Assembly (NCBI GenBank): GCA_035627515.1
Contig: DASPLQ010000012.1
Coordinates: forward strand, 714,331 to 778,330
Source: Vitreimonas sp.
Lineage (GTDB): Bacteria > Patescibacteriota > Microgenomatia > UBA1400 > PJMF01
Direction of reading: 5' to 3'
DNA: 64,000 bases
In this document: positions 19,175-29,206 of the stretch, piece after piece
How positions within the stretch are numbered: position 1 is the stretch's first letter
Layout of the letters: each line of letters starts with the position of its first letter
The notes under the pieces: generated by a model
Database searches by the model: none
Told to the model about the DNA's origin: nothing
The model's input: the letters and a program-made list of their open reading frames with translations, nothing else
Position numbers and translations under genes: made by a program

Positions 19175-19966
19175 ATGACCTCATTAGAAGAGCAAAATAT
19201 TAAACCGTTTAATTTGACTGATTCTGAACAAACGCTTCATTTAAAAGACACACTTGCTCAATCTGTCGATTTATCTGCAATTAAAGAAAAGCTAATGTGG
19301 GTGGACTGTGATATCTCACTATTTGATATTCAGTTATTAAAACAAGTCCTAAATCCAGAATTAATGGGTATTACTGTTTTCTCTTCAATGGATCAGGATG
19401 CTTTTAATAAATGGTCAAAATTTAGTAGTTATCCTGACAATGAATCCCTAGTACTTATCTCAAATCCTGAAGCACCCCAGGCTCTTTTTGAAGATTCAGC
19501 TTCATTTTGTTCTATTTTATTTTCTATAGATGAAAGTGGGGCTTCTGTATTACTGCACTATCCTGTGGTGAGTGACAGTGGGGCTTTAACACTTACGGAA
19601 GAAATGAAACTGCAGTTAGAGGATTTTGCGAAAGCTGCAATGAAACTCTCCCAAAATAGAAAAAACGTATTAACATCTACCAATGTATCTGATAAGAACC
19701 GAAACCAGGTACTCAATTTTATTAAAGATTGCATCGGTGAAGACTTTCATTTAGAAACTATTTTTACTCAGGAAACATTTGAAAATCAAAATGATATTAC
19801 ATCTACTTCAGTACAATTAACAAAAAATTTTATTAATGGTGTACTAATTATTCCCAAACAGTTGACCATAGATAAAAGAACAAAGGTTTTTTTATTTACC
19901 AATAAGACAGGGTACACATACGATCAATTAATGGAAACATTAACCAGAAATCACTTCACTCGATAA
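19175..19966 (+). CDS. Hypothetical protein
   Basis: 263 aa ORF; TGTTATACT 7 nt upstream. Confidence 0.65.
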   Translation: MTSLEEQNIKPFNLTDSEQTLHLKDTLAQSVDLSAIKEKLMWVDCDISLFDIQLLKQVLNPELMGITVFSSMDQDAFNKWSKFSSYPDNESLVLISNPEAPQALFEDSASFCSILFSIDESGASVLLHYPVVSDSGALTLTEEMKLQLEDFAKAAMKLSQNRKNVLTSTNVSDKNRNQVLNFIKDCIGEDFHLETIFTQETFENQNDITSTSVQLTKNFINGVLIIPKQLTIDKRTKVFLFTNKTGYTYDQLMETLTRNHFTR

Positions 19967-21426
19967 ACCCTCCACACCAATGATGGATTGTGTTCTTTTG
20001 GCACTGAGAGGGCGAGGTCAGTTTCTACACCGGGTGGTGGTCCACCTTGCCAAGTGAGTAAGAGGAACATTTCGTTTTCAGGGTATTTTTCTCGATACTT
20101 TTCAACTTGTGTGGTTTGTATGTCGTCGGCGCCGATAATCTTCATGTTTTTATGTTGTGCATACCGGATATTAAGACCATTGGGAAGCACGCCCAGTGGA
20201 TTATCAACGAGAATAACTACTTTTTGATCTTGGTGGGAATCGAAAAATGTATAGAGCTCAGGCAACCCTGTCCCCGAAAAATTCCCCTCGAAAAACTGCA
20301 GCCGCTCTAGTGCAGGAAGTTTAGCAGAGTCAGGATTTATAAGCACGGTATAAGTGGTGAAAATTTGTACTGAAAAGAAGGCCACTAAAGCAAAGGGAAG
20401 TAAAGTGTGTTTTACGGCGAGTGTATTTCTCACTTGCATCAGCCCGTGAGCGCTGAGTATCACCAATGGCCAACACATAAACAACACGTAGCGGGGAAAG
20501 AGTTGTTTGCCGTACAAAATTAAGGCCAGGATCGGGATTAAAAAGTGAGCCAACAGGAAAAAGGTTTCCCGATATTTTTGCTTTTTTAGTAGTACTCCCA
20601 CAGGCGCGAAAAGAAAAATACCTAGACCAAGATAGCCAAATAACCAAGAAGTGATGTTTTTGGTATTTTCAAACACACCACTCACTGGATCTTGGATCAC
20701 TTCAGCTGTCGTGCGGATGAAGAGATGGTTTTTCTGTGCGATCACGGGGAAGTATGTGGATAGTCGCAGCAGCGTCCCGATTCCTAGTGCTACTGAAATG
20801 CTAAGTGCAAAAAGGCAAATAAGCTTCAGAATTTCTGAACGGGTTTTATTAAGAGCGAATAGTGTGGCAGGAGCTGACAGTAACAGAAAAAAAGTGGCTG
20901 AGGATTTAGTCAATAGCCCCAAACCCATCACCACACCTAACCCCAGTGCAACTAAGATGCTGCCTCGTTTTGCTAATATGACTGCCAAGTAGCACGAAAA
21001 AATGCTCAGGCAGAGCAACAAGCCATCCATCAGAGCCAAGACATCATAGATTAGAAAAAAAGGCAGGATCAGATAAAGCACCAGCGCCAGGTGGGCTGTT
21101 TGTTTATCAAAAAATTCTTTGGTCACTAAATAAACACCAGTGAATGAACCGAACGCCGCACAGAATGACACTAACCGCCCAGCCACGATGGGGTTGGCTA
21201 TGAAATGCATGAAGACTGATGTGAGCCAGATAAATAGGGGTTGTTTGCCATCGATGAGTGAGATCCAGATATTAAAGCGGAAGTTTCGTAGCAGTTGCTG
21301 AGCCCAGTAGAGATAAATGGCTTCATCACCAAACAACGGAAAGCGAATCAATACCACTAATCGGGTGAGGAGAAAGAGGGAAAAGAGAAACAACAGGAAA
21401 CGATACTTTTTGAGGACTTCCATCAA
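19951..21426 (-). CDS. GT-C glycosyltransferase (ArnT/PMT_2-like)
   Basis: PLFGDEAIY, DGKQPL, GRLVS, multiple TM segments, PRY. Confidence 0.8.
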   Translation of the reverse strand: MMEVLKKYRFLLFLFSLFLLTRLVVLIRFPLFGDEAIYLYWAQQLLRNFRFNIWISLIDGKQPLFIWLTSVFMHFIANPIVAGRLVSFCAAFGSFTGVYLVTKEFFDKQTAHLALVLYLILPFFLIYDVLALMDGLLLCLSIFSCYLAVILAKRGSILVALGLGVVMGLGLLTKSSATFFLLLSAPATLFALNKTRSEILKLICLFALSISVALGIGTLLRLSTYFPVIAQKNHLFIRTTAEVIQDPVSGVFENTKNITSWLFGYLGLGIFLFAPVGVLLKKQKYRETFFLLAHFLIPILALILYGKQLFPRYVLFMCWPLVILSAHGLMQVRNTLAVKHTLLPFALVAFFSVQIFTTYTVLINPDSAKLPALERLQFFEGNFSGTGLPELYTFFDSHQDQKVVILVDNPLGVLPNGLNIRYAQHKNMKIIGADDIQTTQVEKYREKYPENEMFLLLTWQGGPPPGVETDLALSVPKEHNPSLVWRVYRVK

Positions 21427-21461
21427 TTCATTCTCTACTTCGCTTTCTGATGTCGCAATAG

Positions 21462-21893
21462 CTAAACTCTAACATAGCTCATCTCAAGATCTTTTCTCCA
21501 GGTTGCCCCTTTATCCTCAGATGCTTCTGCGACAGAGTGTAATCCGTAGGTGTTAATCTTGAGAGTAATACGTTGATAGAAGTCCGTATCATCTCTCCAA
21601 AAGAACATTTTTTCCCCGTCGAAGGTCATGTTAAAAATACGAGCTACGCCGCGTTGATCGTAGTAAAACGCCTGATATTTTTCTTGAGGGTCACTATAGC
21701 CTATCACCCAGATATCTTCAGGTTTTTTGTCGGCAGCAGTATTTCGGAGTACAACAAAAGCATCATTAAGTCGTTCGATACTGGTAGAGCCCGTTATTTT
21801 GGTATCCATACTCTCTAGGAACCAAGAGTTATACATAGTGTATTTCCATTCACCAATAAAAGGATCGAGTGCTGCCAACGCTTTATTTTTCAT
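21462..21893 (-). CDS. Hypothetical beta-barrel protein (DUF1579-like)
   Basis: LAALDPFIGEW, YYDQRGVAR, EASEDKGATW..D...Y.R. Confidence 0.6.
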   Translation of the reverse strand: MKNKALAALDPFIGEWKYTMYNSWFLESMDTKITGSTSIERLNDAFVVLRNTAADKKPEDIWVIGYSDPQEKYQAFYYDQRGVARIFNMTFDGEKMFFWRDDTDFYQRITLKINTYGLHSVAEASEDKGATWRKDLEMSYVRV

Positions 21894-21936
21894 ATCTATA
21901 ATGATACCAAAAATATACAGGTGATATACTCAGGAT

Positions 21937-22548
21937 ATGAATAAAGTTACCAGTGGCTTAACAATATCTTTGGATGGGTTTGGAGCAGGCATAAATCAAA
22001 CTTTCGAAAGACCGTTTGGAGACAACTTTGATGCAGACCTACTGGATCGGTGGATGTTTGCTGAGCCGGAAAAGCAGAAACATACCAAAGAAATAGACGC
22101 TATTTTAGATGCAGGCGCGTTCATTATGGGTAGTAATATGTTTGGACCTAAAGATCGAAGAGCCAGTGCAGAATGGAAAGGGTGGTGGGGAGACAACCCT
22201 CCGTATCACGCTCCGGTTTTTGTGCTCACCCACCAGGAGCGCGAACCAATAACAATGGCCGGTGGAACGACGTTTACTTTTGTGACTGACGGCATTGAAT
22301 CGGCGCTTTCTCAAGCAAAAGCAGCAGCCGGAAATCGAGATGTGAAGATTATGGGTGGCGCCAGTACTGTTAATCAATACTTGGCGGCAGGACTTATTGA
22401 TGAACTGTGGCTCCATATAGTTCCTGTCACCGTTGGTGCAGGCTCGCGGCTTTTTGAGGGAGTGCCCAATCTCAAGCTAGAAGCGGTCGAAGTGAGTGGG
22501 ACCAGCATCGTCACTCACATCAGGTATAACGTTTTTTCTACATACTGA
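21937..22548 (+). CDS. Dihydrofolate reductase/RibD C-terminal family protein
   Basis: ISLDGF, GAFIMG, PVFVLTH, GLIDELWLHIVPV..G.G.RLF. Confidence 0.9.
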   Translation: MNKVTSGLTISLDGFGAGINQTFERPFGDNFDADLLDRWMFAEPEKQKHTKEIDAILDAGAFIMGSNMFGPKDRRASAEWKGWWGDNPPYHAPVFVLTHQEREPITMAGGTTFTFVTDGIESALSQAKAAAGNRDVKIMGGASTVNQYLAAGLIDELWLHIVPVTVGAGSRLFEGVPNLKLEAVEVSGTSIVTHIRYNVFSTY

Positions 22549-22639
22549 TGACAGTTCCTTTTGGGAAGTATTTTTTGCTAATATTAATGTATGTATTTTT
22601 TCGTGTAAAGTATATTTGTGCGTACACTTAAGCAGCTAA

Positions 22640-22710
22640 TAGTTTCCCTCTTCCATTGGCCGAAACGCCAGCCGCTCAGCAGGTTAAGATCAGCATTGAG
22701 GAGGGGGCTA
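22640..22710 (+). ncRNA. Candidate small structured RNA
   Basis: Closing stem TAGTTTCCCTCTTC/GAGGAGGGGGCTA with G-U pairs; TGGC-CGAAAC-GCCA hairpin; second hairpin; TACACT at 22623. Confidence 0.4.
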
Positions 22711-22820
22711 AATTACATCCTGATCAAAAAACTAGCTAGATATCTCCAATCATTTTCTTACCAAAACATTTTAAATCTAAGAGACGTGCTGACTATAATC
22801 CATGCTATGGAGATACGGGA

Positions 22821-23570
22821 ATGCAGATTTATATTGGGACTTCAGGTTTCACACTTCAGAACTTTTATGAGCCGCAGGTTAAATCAGCTGATAAGTTGGC
22901 GTACTATGCTCAACATTTCACCACCGTGGAAATCAACTCCACCTTTTATCACTTACCACGCTTAACTACATTACAAAAGTGGCAACAAGCTGTTGGTCCT
23001 GATTTTGTTTTTACTTTTAAGGTAAATCAGGATATTACTCATCAACCGTCATATATCCTCAATCAGGAGATAGTTAATAAATGGTTTGAGGTTTTTGAGA
23101 CCTTTGCTACCACTGACAAGCGGCATTTGATGCTTTTTCAGTTCCCAGCACATCTGGATTATGAAGAGAAGTATTTTAAAGACTTGGTAGCACTTTTGCC
23201 TGAAACTTTTAAATATGCTTTTGAGTTCAGAAATACTTCATGGTTTGTTCACCCGGTTTTTGAAGTAATAGACAAGAAACAAGCTACTATTGTGATAGCT
23301 GATGGGCCGGTGAAGAGAAATGGTCAACCAAGGTGGCCCAAATTTAGTTTAGATTCAGCACCATTTACTTATATTCGTATGCACGGTCAGCCTCAGCTCT
23401 ATCATTCTTCGTATTCTGACGAAAAGCTAGACCGATGTGCGGACTTCATTTTAAGCAGACAGAAAAAATCACTTGCCACCTATGTATATTTTAATAATGA
23501 TGCTAGCGGTCACGCAGTTGCGAATGCTCAGACACTACAAACTCTATTAGAAGAAAAGAGACATTCTTAA
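22821..23570 (+). CDS. DUF72 (YecE-like) protein
   Basis: IYIGTSG, TVEINSTFY, FQFP, AFEFRN.SW, YIRMHG, YVYFNND. Confidence 0.92.
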   Translation: MQIYIGTSGFTLQNFYEPQVKSADKLAYYAQHFTTVEINSTFYHLPRLTTLQKWQQAVGPDFVFTFKVNQDITHQPSYILNQEIVNKWFEVFETFATTDKRHLMLFQFPAHLDYEEKYFKDLVALLPETFKYAFEFRNTSWFVHPVFEVIDKKQATIVIADGPVKRNGQPRWPKFSLDSAPFTYIRMHGQPQLYHSSYSDEKLDRCADFILSRQKKSLATYVYFNNDASGHAVANAQTLQTLLEEKRHS

Positions 23571-23613
23571 CATCATGCTAAAATAAATAAGAACAAGCAA
23601 CTAAGAAAATCTT

Positions 23614-23964
23614 ATGTCCCACCATCGAATTTATACTACGAGTGTGGCGAGTGTTTACCCACATTATGTGACAAAAGCTGAGAAAAAAGGGCGGACAAAG
23701 GCAGAAGTGGACAAAATTATTGGTTGGTTGACGGGGTATACTCAGAAACAGCTAGAAGAAGAATTAAAAAAAGAAACAGACTTTGAGACATTCTTTGCCA
23801 AAGCTCCTCGCTTGAATCCTTCACGGTCTTTAATTACAGGGGTAGTATGTGGTGTTCGTATAGAAGAGATTGAGGAACCTACCATGCGAGAAATTCGCTA
23901 TTTAGATAAACTCATTGATGAGTTAGCAAAAGGGAAAACCATGGAGAAGATTTTGCGGAAGTAA
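23614..23964 (+). CDS. DUF2200 protein
   Basis: [44 protein letters not shown]. Confidence 0.92.
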   Translation: MSHHRIYTTSVASVYPHYVTKAEKKGRTKAEVDKIIGWLTGYTQKQLEEELKKETDFETFFAKAPRLNPSRSLITGVVCGVRIEEIEEPTMREIRYLDKLIDELAKGKTMEKILRK

Positions 23965-23968
23965 ACAT

Positions 23969-24280
23969 ATGACTAAAACTATTTCCAGCGGTGTAGTACA
24001 TGAAGTACCAGCAGACTTGCGAAGTGTTTTAACTTCCAGCCCGAAAGCGTTGGCTCTCTGGGAGGATCTGACGCCGTTAGCTCGCAACGAGTGGATTTGC
24101 TGGGTCGAATCCGTTAAAAAAGAAGAGACTAGAAAGCATCATATTGTGAGAGTCGTTACCGAACTCATAGAAGGAAAACGCCGGCCATGTTGCTGGTTAG
24201 GGTGTATTCATCGCATAGATAAACAGATCAGTCCTTCTGTGCAGGGGATTCTCAATAAACGGCGTAGAGACACGCTATAA
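23969..24280 (+). CDS. YdeI/OmpD-associated family protein
   Basis: VPADL, WEDLTPLARNEWICW, GKRRPCCW.GC. Confidence 0.85.
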   Translation: MTKTISSGVVHEVPADLRSVLTSSPKALALWEDLTPLARNEWICWVESVKKEETRKHHIVRVVTELIEGKRRPCCWLGCIHRIDKQISPSVQGILNKRRRDTL

Positions 24281-24295
24281 TACCCTCACTCGCCT

Positions 24296-26533
24296 ATGCA
24301 AACAGAATATATTGTCATTAAAGGTGCTCGCGAAAATAATTTGCAAGATGTTTCGCTACGCATTCCCAAAAGAAAAATCACTATTTTTACTGGTGTTTCT
24401 GGTTCTGGAAAATCTTCGATTGTGTTCGACACGATTGCGACTGAAGCTAAACGGCAAGAGTATGAAACTTTTAGTATGTTTATTAGAGGTTTTCTGCCTA
24501 AGTATTCTCAGCCAGATGCGGAAGCGATCGAAAATTTAAGCATGGCGATTGTCGTTGATCAAAAAAGAATGGGGGGTGGCTCTCATTCCACCATGGGTAC
24601 TATTACTGATATTTACACTATTTTACGCTTACTATTTTCACGCGTTGGACAACCTCATGCTGGTGCTGCACACATTTTCTCTTTTAATGATCCACAAGGC
24701 TGGTGTCCGGAATGTAATGGTCTAGGCAAGAAAATTGCGATTAATACTGAAGGTTTCTTAGACATGGAGAAATCTCTTAATGAAGACGCTGTCCAAGTGC
24801 CTTTATTTTCCAACTGGGAAAAAGAAGCCTATCGAGGTTCAGGTTTTTTTGACAATGACAAAAAATTGAAAGACTTCACTAACGAAGAAATGGAGTTGTT
24901 GTTACATGGCAAAGATCTAAAATTTAAACTCCAAATTGGTGCTAATACCATGAACGCTACCTATTTAGGTATTATCGAAAAGCTGACCCGCTCGTACATT
25001 AAACGTGATCTCAAAACCCTCTCCGAACGCACGCAAAAAATGGTAGCACCTTATCTTCACTATGGTCCTTGTACTGAATGTCATGGTGCTCGGCTCAATC
25101 AAAAAGTGTTGAGCAGTAAAATAAATGGCTACAACATTGCTGATTTGTCAGCGATGGAAGTTGGAGAGTTAATCAAAGTTATTAAAGAAATTAAAGACCC
25201 GGTAGCAACTTCGATCGTGAAAACACTCACCGAGCGATTGCAACATGTGATTGATATAGGTTTGGAGTACATGAGCTTGAATCGTGAAACAGACACGCTT
25301 TCTGGTGGTGAATCTCAACGCATTAAGATGGTCAAACACTTAAGTAGTAGTCTAGTAGATGTGACATATATCTTTGATGAGCCAAGTGTGGGGCTTCATC
25401 CCCGAGATGTACACCGGCTGAATGAGTTGCTCCAAAAGCTACGCGATAAAGGTAACACAGTGATTGTGGTGGAGCATGACCCTGATGTAATTAAAATTGC
25501 TGATCACATCGTAGATGTGGGGCCTCACGCTGGTAGCCGCGGAGGCCAAATTGTATTTGAAGGCAGTTATCAAGACTTACTCAAAGCCAAGACTTTGACC
25601 GGCATACATCTCCAACAAACATTACCAATTAAAAGCACTTTTCGCAGCGCCACTGGCGCACTTTCTATCACCAATGCCAGTGCTAATAACTTGAAAAAGG
25701 TGAGTGTTAAAATTCCGACTGGTGTATTGACGGCTATCACTGGTGTAGCTGGTTCTGGTAAAAGTTCACTGATCCATGAAGTGTTTTTAAAACAACATCC
25801 GGATGCAATTGTGATTGACCAATCAGCAGTGGGTGCCAATTCTCGCTCCAATCCCAGTACTTATACAGGTATCATGGACGATATTCGCAAAGCCTTTGCT
25901 GAGGCTAATAAAGTCTCACCGGGACTATTTAGTTTTAATTCCCAGGGCGCCTGTGAGAACTGTCAGGGACAAGGCGTGGTCTATACAGATTTAGCTTTCC
26001 TTGAGGGTGTTAAAACCCCTTGTGATGTCTGTAGTGGTAAACGCTTCAAAGATGAAGTCTTAGCCTATACCTTGGACGGAAAATCAATTGCGGATGTATT
26101 AGAGATGAATGTGGACGAAGCCTTAAATTTCTTTAGTCTCAAAGAAGTGGTGAAAAAGTTGCAAGCGATGCAAGATGTTGGTTTAGGGTATCTAAAGTTA
26201 GGACAGCCACTCAATACGCTTTCCGGTGGTGAGTGTCAAAGAATTAAGTTGGCAAGTGAGTTGCATAAAAAAGGCAGTGTCTACGTTCTGGATGAGCCTA
26301 CCACAGGTTTGCACATGAGTGACATCACTCACCTGTTGGAAATCATGAATCGCCTAGTTGATGCTGGTAATACAGTACTAGTGATCGAGCATAACCTCGA
26401 TGTGATTCGTAATGCTGATTGGCTTATCGATATGGGTCCAGAAGGTGGGCACAAAGGTGGGCAAGTCATGTTTGAAGGTACACCTAAGGATCTGAAGGCT
26501 GATAAACACTCATTAACCAGCAAATATATTTAA
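24296..26533 (+). CDS. Class II UvrA homologue (UvrA2/DrrC-like)
   Basis: GARENNL, two GxSGSGKS, two LSGGE, Zn fingers; 745 aa, short relative to canonical UvrA. Confidence 0.9.
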   Translation: MQTEYIVIKGARENNLQDVSLRIPKRKITIFTGVSGSGKSSIVFDTIATEAKRQEYETFSMFIRGFLPKYSQPDAEAIENLSMAIVVDQKRMGGGSHSTMGTITDIYTILRLLFSRVGQPHAGAAHIFSFNDPQGWCPECNGLGKKIAINTEGFLDMEKSLNEDAVQVPLFSNWEKEAYRGSGFFDNDKKLKDFTNEEMELLLHGKDLKFKLQIGANTMNATYLGIIEKLTRSYIKRDLKTLSERTQKMVAPYLHYGPCTECHGARLNQKVLSSKINGYNIADLSAMEVGELIKVIKEIKDPVATSIVKTLTERLQHVIDIGLEYMSLNRETDTLSGGESQRIKMVKHLSSSLVDVTYIFDEPSVGLHPRDVHRLNELLQKLRDKGNTVIVVEHDPDVIKIADHIVDVGPHAGSRGGQIVFEGSYQDLLKAKTLTGIHLQQTLPIKSTFRSATGALSITNASANNLKKVSVKIPTGVLTAITGVAGSGKSSLIHEVFLKQHPDAIVIDQSAVGANSRSNPSTYTGIMDDIRKAFAEANKVSPGLFSFNSQGACENCQGQGVVYTDLAFLEGVKTPCDVCSGKRFKDEVLAYTLDGKSIADVLEMNVDEALNFFSLKEVVKKLQAMQDVGLGYLKLGQPLNTLSGGECQRIKLASELHKKGSVYVLDEPTTGLHMSDITHLLEIMNRLVDAGNTVLVIEHNLDVIRNADWLIDMGPEGGHKGGQVMFEGTPKDLKADKHSLTSKYI

Positions 26534-26547
26534 GGCCTCTCTCACAA

Positions 26548-26573
26548 AAAAGGAACTCTTGCGAGTTCCTTTT
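26548..26573. terminator. Bidirectional intrinsic terminator
   Basis: AAAAGGAACTC-TTGC-GAGTTCCTTTT between convergent genes. Confidence 0.85.
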
Positions 26574-26592
26574 CCATAACTTAAGTAAATTT

Positions 26593-27078
26593 TTATTGTG
26601 CTAAGACAGCATCCAGTTGTCGGTGACCCATCGCTAAGCCTTCGGCCATACCCATCTCCATTAATTGATTCATACTCGCTACGTCTTTAAAAATTATGAC
26701 TGTTTTAACTCTAGTCTGGCCTTCTTTTTCAATGAACTCAGTTTTAAATTGTGATACTGGCATGGTAGTGTTTCGGTTACCTTTGTCATCGGCAAATGAG
26801 TCCCAAGCGGTAAAGTTATCCTGAGGATTAATACTTTCGTACTCCATCATCGACCAATGTTTCTCATTATTGGGGCCAGCCATGTAATAATGCCACTTAC
26901 CACCTTCAGTAAAAGAGAATGACTCAGTCACGGCTTTATAAGGTTCTGGTGCCCACCATTTTTCTAGTATCTTACTATCAGTCCAAGCGGTCCACACTTT
27001 TTCTTTGCTGGCAGCAAATTGTCTTTCTATAGTGAGGGTTTTGTCAGCCTCATTTTTGATAAAAACTGTTTCAAACAT
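26593..27078 (-). CDS. SRPBCC/AHSA1-domain protein
   Basis: LTIERQFAA..EKVWTAWT...LEKWWAP, GGKWHYYM. Confidence 0.9.
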   Translation of the reverse strand: MFETVFIKNEADKTLTIERQFAASKEKVWTAWTDSKILEKWWAPEPYKAVTESFSFTEGGKWHYYMAGPNNEKHWSMMEYESINPQDNFTAWDSFADDKGNRNTTMPVSQFKTEFIEKEGQTRVKTVIIFKDVASMNQLMEMGMAEGLAMGHRQLDAVLAQ

Positions 27079-27096
27079 AGCTGTTCTCCTAATTAA

Positions 27097-27423
27097 TTAT
27101 TTAGTACTTTCTAAAAGTTCATCGAGGGCTTTAAAACGCTCATTCCAGACTTTCTCTAACTTACTTAGATCAGCTGTGACAAGAGCAAGTGTTTCTGGTG
27201 AAGCACTCACTAACTGCTGTTTGCCTAACTTGCGCTTCCGGACTAAACAGGCAGTCTCTAAAACTGCCACGTGCTTCGCTACGGCTGCAAATGACATATC
27301 GTACGGTTGAGCGATATCTTTGATAGGTAATTCCTGCTGAGCTACTCGCAGTAAAATGTCTCGACGTGTGGGGTCTGAGAGTGAGTAGTATGCTGCGTTT
27401 AATAATGAATTATATTCAACCAT
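27097..27423 (-). CDS. ArsR/SmtB-family regulator
   Basis: LSDPTRRDIL, MSFAAVAKHVAVLE, W..RF.ALD. Confidence 0.9.
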   Translation of the reverse strand: MVEYNSLLNAAYYSLSDPTRRDILLRVAQQELPIKDIAQPYDMSFAAVAKHVAVLETACLVRKRKLGKQQLVSASPETLALVTADLSKLEKVWNERFKALDELLESTK

Positions 27424-27460
27424 ATAGTTGAATGATAAATGTTGAGAAATAAAAAGTCAA
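27414..27460 (-). promoter_or_regulatory. arsR promoter and autoregulatory operator
   Basis: TTGACT-17-TATCAT on the - strand; ATTCAAC-N6-GTTGAAT palindrome over the start codon. Confidence 0.75.
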
Positions 27461-27485
27461 CAGCATCATCTGCTAAAATAGCAGG

Positions 27486-28043
27486 ATGAAGACCTATATA
27501 CTGCTTTTACGTGGCATTAATGTGGGAGGCAAGAATAAAGTTCCCATGGCCGATTTGAAGAAATGCCTGGTAGATATGGGGTTTAGTAATGTTTCTACTT
27601 ATATAGCCAGTGGCAATGCGATTATTGATTCCGATCAGAACCCTAAAGTAATACAGTCTCAGGTAGAAAAAGCGCTCATAAAAAACTTCAAGTTAGATAG
27701 TGAGCTCATCAAAGTGTTAGTTTTGACTCGTGATGAACTCCAAGCAGTGATTGAACATAAACCTAAAGGATTTGGTGAACAGCCCGACAAATATCACAGT
27801 GATGTCATTTTTCTAATGGAAATTGAGGCAGCTCAGGCTATGTCAGTGTTTGATCCGCGTGAGGGTGTGGACAAGGTGTGGCCAGGAAAAGGAGTCATTT
27901 ACTCTCAGCGGCTCAGCTCAGAACGAACCAAAAGTCGACTCAATAAGATTGTAGCTTCACCACTTTATAAATCGATGACCATACGCAACTGGAACACTAC
28001 CACTAAACTACTAAAACTTATCTCCGGTGACAAAACAATATAA
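27486..28043 (+). CDS. DUF1697 protein
   Basis: LLRGINVGGKNKVPM, TYIASGN, TIRNWNT. Confidence 0.92.
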   Translation: MKTYILLLRGINVGGKNKVPMADLKKCLVDMGFSNVSTYIASGNAIIDSDQNPKVIQSQVEKALIKNFKLDSELIKVLVLTRDELQAVIEHKPKGFGEQPDKYHSDVIFLMEIEAAQAMSVFDPREGVDKVWPGKGVIYSQRLSSERTKSRLNKIVASPLYKSMTIRNWNTTTKLLKLISGDKTI

Positions 28044-28068
28044 CTTCTTAACCTGCTAGAATAGCCAT

Positions 28069-28602
28069 ATGAATAATCTTTCTGTACAGATTCTCCTTAA
28101 CCAATTGCAAGGTGCTCATAAAGCAATTGAAGAAACTATGGAAGGGGTGACCGATGAAGTGGCTCACTTCATGCCGCCTGGCACTGCCAACCCCATTGCT
28201 GGTACCTATGCTCATTTGATCTTTTCCGAAGATTTGTTTCTCAATAGCTTTCTAAAAAAAACTCAGCCTATGTGGGAAACTAGCTTTAAAGACAAAACAG
28301 GGGCCAGTGAAATTCAACCCAGTGATTGGCAGGTGGCTTATCCTAAATGGTTAAGAGAAGTAAAAGTTGATATCAAACAACTCAGAATATATGCCAAAGC
28401 TGTTTTTGAAGAGACAGAAAAATACGTCGCTTCATTATCAGAAGCTGATTTAGAAAAAGAAGTGGATATGAGTGCCTTCGGGATGGGCAACAGAAAAGTC
28501 CATGATTTTATTGCTAACTTAATAAGCGGGCACGTATACCCAATTATGGGTGAAATCTCCGTCTTAAAAGGAATCCAAGGTCTCAAGGGTTATCCATTTT
28601 AA
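28069..28602 (+). CDS. DinB-superfamily protein
   Basis: ANPIA..YAHL..SED, H....GEI...KG..G. Confidence 0.75.
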   Translation: MNNLSVQILLNQLQGAHKAIEETMEGVTDEVAHFMPPGTANPIAGTYAHLIFSEDLFLNSFLKKTQPMWETSFKDKTGASEIQPSDWQVAYPKWLREVKVDIKQLRIYAKAVFEETEKYVASLSEADLEKEVDMSAFGMGNRKVHDFIANLISGHVYPIMGEISVLKGIQGLKGYPF

Positions 28603-28621
28603 TTTAAACTGTTGAAAGTGG

Positions 28622-28858
28622 CTAGTCTTCGGCAAGCGCAGCAAAGGCTTTTTTAGTTCTTAGGTACCACCCTATACCGGAGATGGGATTTCTCCATCGG
28701 CCTTGCATGTCTTTGAGGGCACTTTGGTGAGTTTCATCCCCGCTAGCCACCTTTTCCTTTAGATGTGCATCCTGGGCTTTAATTACCTCATCAGCACTAT
28801 TTCCTTGAAAAGCATGTTCACATGGGCCGCCTAGTTGTTTACAAGTCATAGTTTTCAT
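28622..28858 (-). CDS. DUF1059-like small Zn-binding protein
   Basis: MKTMTCKQLGGPC...H...H. Confidence 0.75.
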   Translation of the reverse strand: MKTMTCKQLGGPCEHAFQGNSADEVIKAQDAHLKEKVASGDETHQSALKDMQGRWRNPISGIGWYLRTKKAFAALAED

Positions 28859-28925
28859 ATTTAGCGCTTCCTCTTTTTAGATATGAATAATTTATGATAT
28901 CAGATCTTCTTTACCTATCTGACAG

Positions 28926-29174
28926 CTACAGCCCTAAGATTTCCGCTAAATCACCAACGGCCAGTGTTCCCCACATAATTACTAGACCAACGATGACTTT
29001 TAAGGCGAAGGGAATCGTGAAACCCAGGTTTTTTTGGAGAATTTTATTTGTCACCGGAAAGTAAATCAAAGATAGAACAAGATAGAAAACTCCGGGAACA
29101 GGATGGACTAAAAGTAAATTTAAAACACCGATTACAAAAAAAATAATACCAAAGAGCCAATTAATTATATGCAT
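28926..29174 (-). CDS. Small membrane protein
   Basis: 82 aa hydrophobic ORF; AGGAG RBS. Confidence 0.7.
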   Translation of the reverse strand: MHIINWLFGIIFFVIGVLNLLLVHPVPGVFYLVLSLIYFPVTNKILQKNLGFTIPFALKVIVGLVIMWGTLAVGDLAEILGL

Positions 29175-29206
29175 ACATTATTCTCCTAAGGTTTTTTAGC
29201 TGCTCA

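Noticed and set aside
22545-22740. Hammerhead (CTGATGA...GAAAC), preQ1 (AAAAAACTAG) or TPP (CCTGATC) motifs
   Set aside because: The required stems and other core nucleotides cannot be formed
22618-22965. 115-aa ORF
   Set aside because: Overlaps DUF72 out of frame and the RNA candidate; no protein-like motif
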